NCBI GenBank assembly: GCA_010093815.1
Contig: ML996566.1
Source of the DNA: Pseudovirgaria hyperparasitica
Taxonomy: Eukaryota
Length of the DNA stretch: 64,000 bases
Strand: one strand, 5' to 3'
In this document: positions 52,648-64,000 of the stretch, piece after piece
Position numbering within the stretch: the stretch's first letter is position 1
Layout of the letters: every line of letters starts with the position of its first letter
Program-made: the position numbers and the translations under genes
The notes under the pieces: model-generated
What the model was told of the DNA's origin: nothing
The model's database searches: none
What the model saw: the letters and a program-made list of their open reading frames with translations, nothing else

Positions 52648-55391
52648 CACGGTCCACTTCTTCCTCTCATGAAACAAGTCTGTGCCTGCCTGGACTGCGT
52701 ACCCACCACCGTACCTGCCTGCCTAGCTCCCGCCGTAAAGGAAGTCGCCCGCCTTGGCGATACATCATTGCCCACCCTGGGAAAGAGCCTTCGCTGAAAC
52801 CGACCAATCATATCATAGAACGTGACTTGGCCGCGCTCCTTCCCCCCCTAATCTGTCTATTAGACCGCATCACAACGCCACAGTCTGCCTTCATCTCTTC
52901 AATCTGTACTATTACTGTATCTGCCGTCCTGGCGTGGTCGAGGACTCTCTAGATAAGACATGTGAATGCTGGACGTTGCGTTGCTAAACCTGATACATAT
53001 ACATATATATACGCGGCTCCCATTGAGGCTGACTCGGTTGCCAGTTAGTGCCTTTGCATGAGTCGATGGTCGACGCTCAAACAGCTGAGATGGTAATTAT
53101 TGAGAAGAATCAGCGTTTTAATGGTTTGCACGTGCTTGCATGCACACTCACATTCGGGGACCACGGAAGTATAACCTGCCTGTACTGTAACTGTGTACTG
53201 CACATTATTACTTCGACGAAGCAAATGCTCCATAATTACTTCCACGAGACCCTGATCCAGAGTTTCTGGTAGATCGCCATGTTGCGGAAGGTTGTTCGTT
53301 GTTCATCAGGTGGTGGTCGAGCTGTAGGAATCATGAAAAGCCCGGGAAGCCGCGTGGCAGTCCTCCGTGGATCGCCCAGCACTGGCAACTGGAATACAAT
53401 ACCACTATTATAGCCCGACATCACGACTCACACACTCACCCACCACTCGTCACATTCTGCTCCGTCGCCGCCCGATGGGAAATTCTCCGATCCTCTGGAT
53501 ACATATCCCGGTACCCAATAATTTCAAAGCCTCTGAAACACACCATTTTGCGAGGGCCCCTGGTCGGCTAACCCCCGCGCGCGGATCGCACTCGCAATAA
53601 CTTCTTTGTCACAGACTTATTACCATACTATGCATTGTACCCATAGTCTATATTCGCGTGCGTGTGCGCTTGGACGAGGGGAATCCTTCAGATCTGCCTG
53701 CCTGTCTGCCAGTCAGTAATATGATAGTCGTCTAAGATCGTCCCAGTTCCAATGCAAGGCACTCTCTTCCCTCCCGGCACGTTGTCGCTAATAATTACTG
53801 TGCCGTACATTGTGAACCTTCCAGAGAGTCTCTATAAGCTGTGCATCATGTCCATCCCTGCAAGCGTGTCTATCGCGTTTTGTTAGTCCGAGGCGCAGAG
53901 CGGATTTGTGCAGGCAGGAAAAAAACATCATGCGTGCCCTCTTCTTCTAGCTGCACCGCGTCTTCGACGACGCCAGTGATGTTGTACAACGTCTAGAGAA
54001 GGCAAGCCTGAAAGGAACCTGCCACGGGGTCAGCTCCTGCGCACTGCGCCTATCGATCAAAAAGGGCGCAGGGGACAACAGCGTAATCGCTCTAAGAGTC
54101 TAAGCAAAGTATAAACTCCATCCACGGATCCGGTTTGCTGTTGTTCCTGCGGGGATAAGGACCGGGTGGGTGAGTGGCGAAGGTGAGGCGAAAAAAGCAC
54201 GCGCACGCCCGAGACCCAGATCTTGGGTTCACAGTCCACCACATCTACACGTCCAAATATATTCTACAAAAGTTGGAATAACTTCGGCTGTAATGGTCTT
54301 TACATAGAAGCCCTTCCAATCTCGTGTTTCACTCCAACTTTACAACCCCAACCCGGGCCCAGTTCGAATCCGATGGTGTCCGCCTCCACTCGCTTAGGTA
54401 ACTAGCGACGCTGGACGGGCCTGAGCAATGAAGTCTACTGTCCAGGGAAGCAATTCTGCAGACGAGTCTTCACCATCGGATGGCGGCGCTGGACTACCCA
54501 GGTGGTGGTTTGGATTGTTCATGAGTGAGTGGTTGGGCGACTATGGCATCTCTCTTTTGCTCTATGTCGTGCGTGTGTTGTTGCTACGAGTTCTTTTGTC
54601 GTCACCGTCTTCGCCGTCACCAGACAATCTTCTTACCTACCATCCATCGTTTGGATCGTTTTTTATGTCTTGAACAACATTTATCGTCTATCATACGCAC
54701 GCGCATCTATGTCAAACGCCTGCACTTCGACCTGTATCTAGACATACGCAATCTTCGCTCCTACCGAGTAGCACATGAGCCCATCCATATTTCATTATCA
54801 CTATCTACGTTCTAGCGGCTGCATTCGTCGTCCGTATAATCGAACACGCATATATATTCACGCAGCACAGTTCACGAGTCATCCATCAATCAATACTAAC
54901 GACGCCCGTATTGATTGTATCGCATACTCAATTAAATTATGCCACACTTCCAAGCCCTCCCTGCATTTTCTAGCCCTGTATCAATCACCATAGGGAAACC
55001 ACAGCCTATCCCAACACAGCAATAATACATGTCCCCCATCAAATGCCACTAAACGCCCTCATGAACCGAAAGACGCAGAGAATTGCACCCAGGAATCGTG
55101 TCTTCATCTTGCACCCACTATAGACGTCAACCCATGGAGTATGGAAGAGAGAACGTATATGCTCGTGGTGGGTTTTTTTGCGTTTAGCACAATTGCGTGA
55201 AAGCATCACTTTCGCAAGAAAAAAAACATCCTGATAAAATCGTATTATTCGATTATGAAATGCGCACCTGCGCGGTGCGTGAGGGAGGGGTATCATCGGA
55301 AACGCCAGAATGTAGCCAAAAAATCACGCCCCTTGTCATAACGCCTTCTCATGCTATTTGTTTCTTTCTCTCTTTCTCTCTCTGTGTATGA

Positions 55392-55918
55392 TCAAACTAT
55401 GCAAAGTCAGCATGTACCAGCAGCAGCACCATTCGTTCAGTTCCATACCATTCAAGTAATCCGCCGCCATGAGCAGTTCAAGACACAGCTCCGGCGGAAT
55501 ATCCAGATCCGGCATATCCTTCGCATCCTTGTGCTTCTCATTATAATAGAGATACTCGCACACTTTATCCAGGACAAGACCACTAGAGCGAGCGAGCGCA
55601 TGGTCAGTCAAGTTCTTCGAATCCACGCTATCCATTCCTGAAATCTAGAGAGTCACGGAAGACACATACTTGATATTCTCAAACTCGCACCGGCCAGTCA
55701 GACCCTCCTGGAACCGACCTAACATTGACGTCAATATCTGCATGAAGGGGAAGACAGGTGGTCGTTGGCGGAGACAACGGCGGACGGACGGACGTACTGT
55801 TAGGGTCGAGCATGTTCTTGATCGCGCCCGCGAGAATGGCGGCGGACCGCTTGATCTTGAATTCGAAGCCGTCGCAGGACACGAGGGTTACGTATTCGGT
55901 TTGTTTCTCCTCTGACAT
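55392..55918 (-). CDS. ELC1: Elongin C
   Basis: YVTLVSCDGFEF, KVCEYLYYN and IPPELCLELLMAADYL. Three GT-AG introns; the last exon is only TT+TGA. Confidence 0.95.
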
Positions 55919-56057
55919 GGTGAGGTGTCTGGCATACAGTTCAAACAGTTGCGCATATATTATGTGAGAAAGCAAAGGGTTGGAGAAGGTGGGCAGAGGG
56001 GAATATGCAATACGTCGCGCTAATTAGCAGCAAAATTGAAAAAAGATGTGCCCACTA

Positions 56058-56553
56058 ATCCGTATATCCATAGTTACATGGGAAAGCTTGGCGCCCGATG
56101 TTCGCCCGTGTCACCAACACACACGATTTAGTATAATCGACATTTTTATCTATTACCGCCGTATAATACTTATATAGTACTAAATATTACTAAATATTAG
56201 TTCTATATAATTCTTATTATATCTCTATAGCCTTTATATTACTTTATATTATCTATAATACCTCTAAAACTATAAAAAAAGAGTAGTTATATAGAGATAT
56301 TCTTACGTCTAGCTAGATATATACCCCTATATTTAAAGGCGCTCTAGATAGATATAGGGGAGGTATTAGGGGTCTATAGTACTATATATTAGTTATACTA
56401 CCTCTTTAATACTATACTATATAGTTATAGATACTATATAAGCGTAGTATAGTAGTAATAGATAAAAATATCGATTATACTAAATCGTGCGTGTTGGTGA
56501 CACGGGCGAACATCGGGCGCCAAGCTTTCCCATGTAACTATGGATATACGGAT
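56058..56553. mobile_element. Non-autonomous TIR DNA transposon (MITE), probable TA target-site duplication, RIP-mutated interior
   Basis: ~125-bp inverted repeats (perfect over 56055-56120 / 56491-56556), flanked by TA at 56056-57 and 56554-55. No ORF and a very AT-rich interior. Confidence 0.9.
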
Positions 56554-56679
56554 TAGGCAGGGTACGTACTATAATACCGACGCGTGAGCACGGGACCTCG
56601 CGTTCTGCGATCCATACCTACAACCTCACCGCGCCCTCTAAGTAACCATCACCACTTCCCAAAGCCTAAATACAAAAAA

Positions 56680-57804
56680 ATGCGACCACCCACTCTCCCA
56701 CGCATCAAATCCCCCAGAATCCAAACCCACCACCACAACCACCTCCCCTCAAGCCGCACAATCCACACCCACCACCAACCCACCACCACACACCCCCTCC
56801 TCCCACTAACCCAGCGAAACTGCATCATCACCGGCGGCGCCGGCGCACTCGGCCACGCAATCGCCAAATCCCTCGTCGCAGCAGGCGCAACCGTCTGGCT
56901 CGTCGGCCGCACGCGCGCCACGCTCCACGACGCCGCGCTCGACATCCACCGTAGCACGCTTCCGCCAGACCAGGAGTTCGCTCCCGGTCCCAATACCAGC
57001 AACAGCAACAGCAACAGCAACAATCGCATAAACATCATAGAAGGCGACATCCTAGCCCAAGGATTCTGGCAGCGCGTCTTCGAGGACAACGAGGCGCGTC
57101 TGGCGAAGAACGTGGACGTGCTCGTGAACGCGGCCGGGGTGGCGCAGAACGGGTTCCTGTTCAGCTCGGACGAGGCGGGGTTGCGGGGCGTGCTGGATAC
57201 GAATCTGGCGGGGTCGATGCTGGCGGCCAAATACGTGGGGCGGTACGGGATGATACGGGAGAGGCATGGGCGGGCGGGCAAGTGTATTGTCAATGTGGGC
57301 AGTTTGCTTGGGGAGCGTGGTGGGAAGGGGGCGGTGGCGTATGCGGCGAGTAAAGCTGGGATTCATGGTGTGTTTTGCATGGCCCTCCCTTCATGCTGTT
57401 AGGTATGCTAACGTGGCATATACAGGTCTGACACGAGCGCTCGCAGAAGAGCTCGCGGGATGGAACATCCGGGTCAATGCTGTGCAACCGGGCTACATTG
57501 AGTCGGACATGACCAAAGGTAACGACTCCCCGCTGTAGATGGGATTCTGTCGACTTCGCGTACAGTCCTATGATTCACCCGCCCAAGTTCCAATGCTCCT
57601 TTTGATTCTATCTTCAAAGTCTTGACGCTAATATACATCTTTCCAGGGCTTGAGAGACAATCGCTGCTAGAGAAAATCCCGGCAAAACGCTTCGGGCGAC
57701 CCGACGAAGTTGCCGACGCAACCATGTTCCTCATAACGAATATGTATGCCAACAATTGCGTCATCAACCTGGATGGTGGTCTCAGCGCAACGGGTTTCCA
57801 ATGA
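56680..57804 (+). CDS. Short-chain dehydrogenase, mitochondrial 3-oxoacyl-ACP reductase-like
   Basis: [36 protein letters not shown] and LDGGL. Two introns. Confidence 0.85.
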
Positions 57805-58045
57805 GGTATCCTGAACGCCATCGGTGCCGACTATAAGGTTACAGTAACGAGAAAGACGCCTAGAGGAGCTGGTGATAATGGCACTTGGATGCCATTTTCG
57901 GACAGCACCAAGTATATGGCACCACCACGTAAAACCCCGAACGACGTAGCTTGTAGATAATCCGGGTGACCAGACATAAGGCGCTCGAAGCTCGAAGCCG
58001 AATACGATACCGCAGAAAGAAGGTAAGGATCGTCGCATTCAAGCC

Positions 58046-60163
58046 TCAATCCAATAATATGGCACCATCGTCGTCTTCGATGGTGATAGGCCCACTCTCC
58101 TGGACTTTGCCCTTCTTACTCATCTTCCCGGCATCCTCCAGATCTGCCTCAGTAGCATCACGTTTCCGTTTCGTTCCATTCGTTGCGTTGGATCCATTCG
58201 ACATACTTGGCTCGGGTTTGGCTTGAGGACGCTGAGGAATGACCACTGCTTCGGGAAGCTGAACAGCACCCTCATCAGCAGGTAGCGATCTTTTCTAAAG
58301 TCAATTCCACATCTTCTAGGACTATACGGGAGACTCACTTCTCTATCATAGACAGAATCAGGTTTGTTCGCGGGCAATCGTCAGCCTCATCTCGGACAGT
58401 AAGGAAAGTCTCCTTTCCAATACTGAGTTCTGAAAGCTTCTTCTCGAGATTGTCCTCCAGATCGGGTTCGAAGATGACACCGGCTTCGGTACTGACACTG
58501 AAGTCTTCGCTGTAGTTGAGCTTCGCCTTCAGTACCCCTTCCACAATGTCTTTTAACTTCGCGCGTGTGAAGTCTGTTACCAATTGCGCTTGTGCAACGC
58601 TGCAGGTTGGACAATAAGGATTTGGGGGTAACAAGGACTCGGAAGCTGTGACACCCGGACTATTCGACAATCTTGTCAAAAATACAGATCGAGCTTTGTC
58701 AAATTCCGGTGGATCTCGCAATATCTTGAAAGCTTCAAGCACAACGATGCCTGCAACAATCGCATTCGTAGTAGCGATTGCTGGAATGATATTACCAGCC
58801 ATTTCTGCCTCAGCGTCAGCTTACATTTGACTGAGATATGGGTGATAGTAGCTTACGTTTAATATCGAATTTAGATTTTGAATCGATGCTGAATATATGT
58901 GATCGCAAGTTTGCGCTAGCGGCGACAAAGTCCAGAGTATCCTCGTCGTCTTTGTCGAACGTGAGAATGGGTGGTGTGCTACTGTTGCCGTTTGATGTCT
59001 CTTTCAGATCTTGGAATCGCTTACCCAGCCTGTCCAGACTGTCGTTGAAGACTACGAAGCTTTCCTGCAGAGTCCACTCCTTCTGGTCGCTCTGCGCTAC
59101 AGAGCTAGCTATACCAGTAGTCTCTGCAACAAGCTTGTCGTATTGCAGAGGTTCGGGCGCTTTGCGCGTTTTCCAAGCATCTTCCATACTTCGCAGGCGG
59201 TCTATATCTTCATGGAAGACTTTGTCGAAAACGGACTTTTTGAAAGTTTCTTTGCCAATCAATTCACGGATCTTTTTCAGCGCTTGGCTTTCCTTTCGTA
59301 ACTTCTCAATCTCGGACGCATTCTCTTGGTCTTCTGAATGGTCCAACTCCGGCGCATCGTCCTCGCTCGTCCCAAAGATCTCCGTGAAAAGGTAGCTCTT
59401 GGCCCATATGATGCAATGGATCGGTTGACTCGGTGTCGTTCGTATTGTGCAGACTGGGAAAGACTTGGGTGCTTCTTTGGGGTTGCAATCATAGCATTGC
59501 GAGACGCCCTGTTCATATGAGCTGTCGCGTCACCAAACCAAACATATCGGGATCTCCTCTACCTTCTTAATCACGGTCACAGATCCTTGCCAGCCCGTAG
59601 TTCCTGCATCGAGCAGTATCCTGTCCGCGGCCAGACACATCCGATTCACATGGCGCCGTGCTTCCAGATTGTCGAGCGCGTTGAAGACCAAGTCGAAGCT
59701 CTTGAACCATTCCACATCGAATTGCGGATCCTTTATGTTTGCGTGGTGTGCTACGATCTTGACCGCCGGGTTGAAGCGTGAGGCTGATTCTTTCGCTACC
59801 TAACATCCAGGTCAGTCATCCGTCCTCCATCCGCCAGCCCGTGGGACAAGACCCAAGGACGAACTCCTACGTACCAGTGCCTTGGACTTCTTGATATGCT
59901 CGTGCCGAAATAAGAACTGTCGATTGAGATTGCTAAGGTCGATTGTATCAAGGTCAACAATGTGGGTTTCGCCAAAGCCGGTGAGAACGAGATTCTTGAG
60001 AAGCTCGCAGCCAATGCCGCCCGCACCGACCATGAGAACCTTCGCCTGGAATGCTTGTTAGTTGGATCCTTCCTTATTGAGAGCGTAGTGACTGGCGTGC
60101 CTCATTGATGCGATTATACAAGCTTCCACCGAGCGACTGGCGCGTAAGCTTGTCGCGGCCCAT
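58046..60163 (-). CDS. UBA2: SUMO-activating enzyme subunit 2
   Basis: [47 protein letters not shown] and [14 protein letters not shown]. Multiple introns, the first GC-AG. Confidence 0.95.
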
Positions 60164-60706
60164 TGCGAGTAAGGTAGCGGGGATTTGGTGATCTAGATCA
60201 TAGAAGCCGAATAATGAGGGAACAGTCTGTATGGAGATAGCAAAGCGCGTCTCGGGACAAGTGAGTTTGTAAGTAGATTCAAGCTCCTCGCGACCATACT
60301 GTCGCAGTTGCAGCTGCAATGGGTAATCCTCGGAAGCTCTGATAGGCTCATCACACTCCAATGAACGACGTCAACGATGCTGGCTAGCCGAATGCGATAG
60401 GGCTGAACAAGTGTATGCAAACCTCCCAATCCGGCATATTCGGATGATCGAAAAGCAATTGGCGGTGTGAGCAACCACAATTTTCTGCCCAAATACCGGC
60501 TGCAGGCTTGGAGTGAGGATATATCACTGAAGTTTTTGTTGTTATAAATTGCGGTTGAAACCAAACATACCCCTGATTTGGTTGAAGATTTTAGTTCCTT
60601 CCTTGGACAAGAATCACAAGACACAACTCTTTCCTCAGCTCCGCCACAGGACGGCAATAGTCAGAGCACCCACTCCATACACACTTGAGCTCTACAAGGA
60701 TCAACA

Positions 60707-62327
60707 ATGTCAGACGACGAAGCAGATCCTGAGCTTCTGGCCTTGTTACGCCAATCTCTTGGCCTAGGTCCCCGATCGTCCACAGCACCGCCAGAAACCA
60801 AGGTTTTGGATCATGCTCGATACATCTACGACAACAGCATTGATGTTGCTCTAGATATGCGGAACACGCAAGCTGCAGCTCAATTGATATGGAGCCAGAT
60901 GCAACAGAAGAAGTATAGTACGGAGAATTGGGCCAAGTATGAGTTGCATCCGAAAGCAAAGGATGAAAGTACTGTCAATTTTATTTTCACCATGGACTTG
61001 CTCAACTTTTCGTTCTGGTGTGACGAAGAGCCAGGGTATGAGGTAGAATGGCAGGGGAAGCGGTGGACTGGGTATTGGAGCATGGTAGCGGCTCTTCAAA
61101 GAGCACTTCACGAAGGTCGGTATCGGATCTGCGAAAGTAAACATGTGTACTGACTGTTTTCCAGGTATACCGATCACGGATCCGTCTTTCTGGATACCTG
61201 TATCAAAGGCCGAGGACGCTCTCGTGCCAGAAGAGGTTACGACTGTTGAGCAGACTGTGGACGAGCATCACGTGGAAACTGCACAGAAGGTGACCAGCGA
61301 CACCACCAACGCAGAAATACCCTTGGCGGATGAAGCCAACGACATGACTCCGACTGAAACATCAAAGGCTGTATGTGAATCCCAGGACGAGTCCCAAGAC
61401 GCAGGTATCCCAATCGTCGAACAGCCAGAAACCACAGAGCCAGAGGACATACCGCGAGAGAAAACAGACCCAGAGAACACACCACCAGAAGCCACAGACC
61501 CAGAAAACACACCACCCAAGCAAACAGACCCAGAACCCTCTCCCAAACCACCATCACCACCAAAACCAAAACCGACCCTCGACCTCCCAACAATGCAACA
61601 CATCTTCCGCTCCACCACCAGCACCCCAATCCCCATGCTCGAAGAACGCCTCCAATGCCTCCACGAAGCCGGCACCGTCCTAGCCCACGACTTCGGCAGC
61701 AGCATCCCCGCCATGATTAAAAAGGCCAACCACTCCGCCGCCGCACTCGTCAACCTCCTGGCCGACCACTTCGCCTCCTTCCGCGACGAGGCGCGCTTCG
61801 AGCGCAAAACAGTCCGTCTGCTCAAGCGCGCCCAAATCTTCGTCGCGGACTTGTGGGCCGCGTTTAATGGGGAGGGGTACGGTGCGTTTGACGATATTGA
61901 TAAGATTACGATGTTTGCTGGTATGTCCGCATGTTTATTCTTGCCCTTTTCCAATTTATACACCCACCCCCCCTGTCTTTCCAAATTAAGAACAAACCGT
62001 CCCTAACTCGCACGCCCAACAGACTACCGCATCCCCCAAGCCCTCCACCACCTCGGCTGCCTCTCCTACAGCCCCGTCCTCGAATCCCAGATCAAGAACC
62101 GTCGGCCCATCCCCGCGGGCCATAGCTGGGAGGTCCAGATCCGCGGCTGTTCGATTTGGTCTGTCGAGTTGATCCGTCGTGAGATTGTGGCCAAGCATCC
62201 CGGTGCGAAGGTTAATGCTGTTTTGCTGGACTTTTTCTTGTATGATACTGTTAAGGAGTTGGAGGGGGAGTTGGAGGGGGAGGAAGGGTTGATGCCGCAT
62301 CATCGGACGAGGAGTGTTTGGTATTGA
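60707..62327 (+). CDS. QNG1: Queuosine salvage protein (DUF2419 / C9orf64 family)
   Basis: FTMDLLNFSFW, WTGYWSMVAAL, KRAQIFVADLW, TMFA|DYRIPQ and PHHRTRSVWY. Two introns. Confidence 0.92.
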
Positions 62328-62393
62328 TACTTGGGGAGGCTTGTGGCTGTGGGATGTGATGGCCGTTAGATGGTGGGTTCAGATTAGATTAGA

Positions 62394-63722
62394 TTAGGTG
62401 GTTATGTCAACGTCCATGTCCAAGTCCATGTCCTCGACACCCTCAGCTTCAGCCTCCTCCTCCTCCTCCTCCTCCTCCAACTGCCTAACCCGCGCCATAA
62501 TACCCCTCGACCACACCACGAAATCCTCCTTGCGCGCCTGTGACAAGTAATTCACCCTGCCATTCATCATCGTGCCCAGACCCCCCTGCAACATATCCTC
62601 CTCCTCTTCCTCATCCTCATCCTCCTCCCCTTTTCCCCCCACCCCAATCTCAACCCCCTCATCCCCTTCCTCCCCCTCACCACCCCCATCCTCCCCCTTA
62701 GGCACATTCCCAAACCACTCCAACCCCAACCACCCCTCCCGCGCCTCACGCACACACGCCTGAACATCATCAGCAATATCCCGCTGCGCTCGCCCCGCAT
62801 CCTTGCCCATCGCAGCAAGCACCTTTATCGCACGATCGCGGTACTCGGCAAAGGCGGTTGCGGTCAGTGGCGTAGCTGTCATCTTGACATATGTGAATAG
62901 AAACACCGTGATTAAGATCGCGGGGACGTGGGAGGTAGTGGTATCGGTGTTCACTTCTGTGTTTGTGGCAGATGTGGTAGATGGTGCCGTACAACGCACC
63001 CGACTCTGGTTCCTTGTCCGCGTCGGTGTCGGTGCCGTCGACGAGGCAACATCCTTCATCCGCAGCACACTCGCCATACCAGCATAAATATGCGGCGCGG
63101 CACGTGCTTCGCCAAACGTCTTGCAGAGCTGCCGGATCGCGGGCATGATCCACTCCGGCACAAGGGCGTCGTCTACGACATCGACGCGAGCGTGTGCTGC
63201 GGGGGCGCGTTTGGAGGGCGTTACTGTTGGGCTGTGGCGGCGGCGGCGGGTTGGAGTGCGGGATTGTGCTGGGGAGGAGTGGGGTGCGGTAGACGGAGCA
63301 TTGGCGGCGCGAGTACGCGATGGTGTCGTTGCTGATGGTGCGGAGGAACGGGTAGACGACGATGACGACGGAAGTGCAGAGTCGAAAAAAGCGTGGAGCT
63401 TCTTGTACACGCGTGGTGGGACGGGCGGACGGGGCATGATTTGTGGGAGGTTGAGGGGTTGTTTCAATCTTCCAATCCGATTAGCACATCAATGAGGAAC
63501 TAAAATCGAATGTTTCCATCAAAAATCATGATGGAAAACTTACCGTTCGCACGCAATGTGTGCGCAGACATATGTCCTTGCGACTTCTTCGTCCTGCTTG
63601 AGGCTGGCCTTGGCGCGGGATTGGGAGAGCAGAGAGCGGGTGAGGTGGATGAGTTCGGGCGGGAGGTCGCCGTTGAGGGCGGGGAGGAGACCATGGAGGG
63701 TTTGGTCAAAGGTTTTGTCCAT
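62394..63722 (-). CDS. ORC6: Origin recognition complex subunit 6
   Basis: LLSQSRAKASLKQDEEVARTYVCAHIACER|LKQPLNLP..PRPPVPPRVYKKL and GLGTMMNGRVNYLS. One intron. Confidence 0.88.
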
Positions 63723-64000
63723 TGTGGTTCTATGTCTTTGAAGAAGATGGGTTAATGACCTAGATATAGGATTCGATGACAGCCAAGGAAGTGTTTGATA
63801 ATGTCGATCGTCTTGGGTCAGCCTGGGCAAATTCGCTGCGCACACATGTCTAGAACAAAAGCAGCACTCCTTTGGACTTAATGTGAGAAAAGTGCCAGCG
63901 GTTACAGGTACAAATCAAAACAAAGTCCGTAGGTAGATGTTATAGTATCGTAACAACACCTGCGCAGAAGTCAGGTTGTCGTCAAATCAAGTCGCTTTAG

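Noticed and set aside
57519..57647. Longer-than-usual SDR intron as a snoRNA host
   Set aside because: No convincing C/D or H/ACA boxes seen.
57802..57960. Open frame after the SDR stop codon (possible readthrough)
   Set aside because: Stop context is TGA-GGT rather than TGA-CTA, and the extension does not end in a PTS1.

Overview
Gene-dense, intron-containing region of a filamentous ascomycete (Pezizomycotina; inferred from short GT-AG introns with CTRAC branch points, a Zn2Cys6 factor and a RIP signature). I support 27 protein-coding genes, mostly housekeeping: PKC1, GLE1, mitochondrial ProRS and uL10m, RXT2, TRAPPC11, ceramidase, PFD1, two mitochondrial carriers, OPI3, a DENN protein, Elongin C, an SDR, UBA2, QNG1 and ORC6. 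There are also two intron-containing tRNA-Gln genes and a few accessory genes. Most notable observations: (1) a ~500 bp MITE whose interior is RIP-saturated while its outer terminal inverted repeats are intact; (2) an orphan GIY-YIG nuclease-like gene with a hydrophobic tail and three upstream MCB boxes; (3) an ATF4/cpc-1-like uORF and non-AUG leader on a Zn2Cys6 factor; (4) recurrent strand-symmetric C/A-rich to G/T-rich switch points inside genes, coinciding with in-frame repeat expansions; (5) a tRNA-like A-box/B-box/oligo-T element beside a tandem duplication; (6) two GC-AG introns. All calls come from reading the sequence and recognising motifs; no searches were run.
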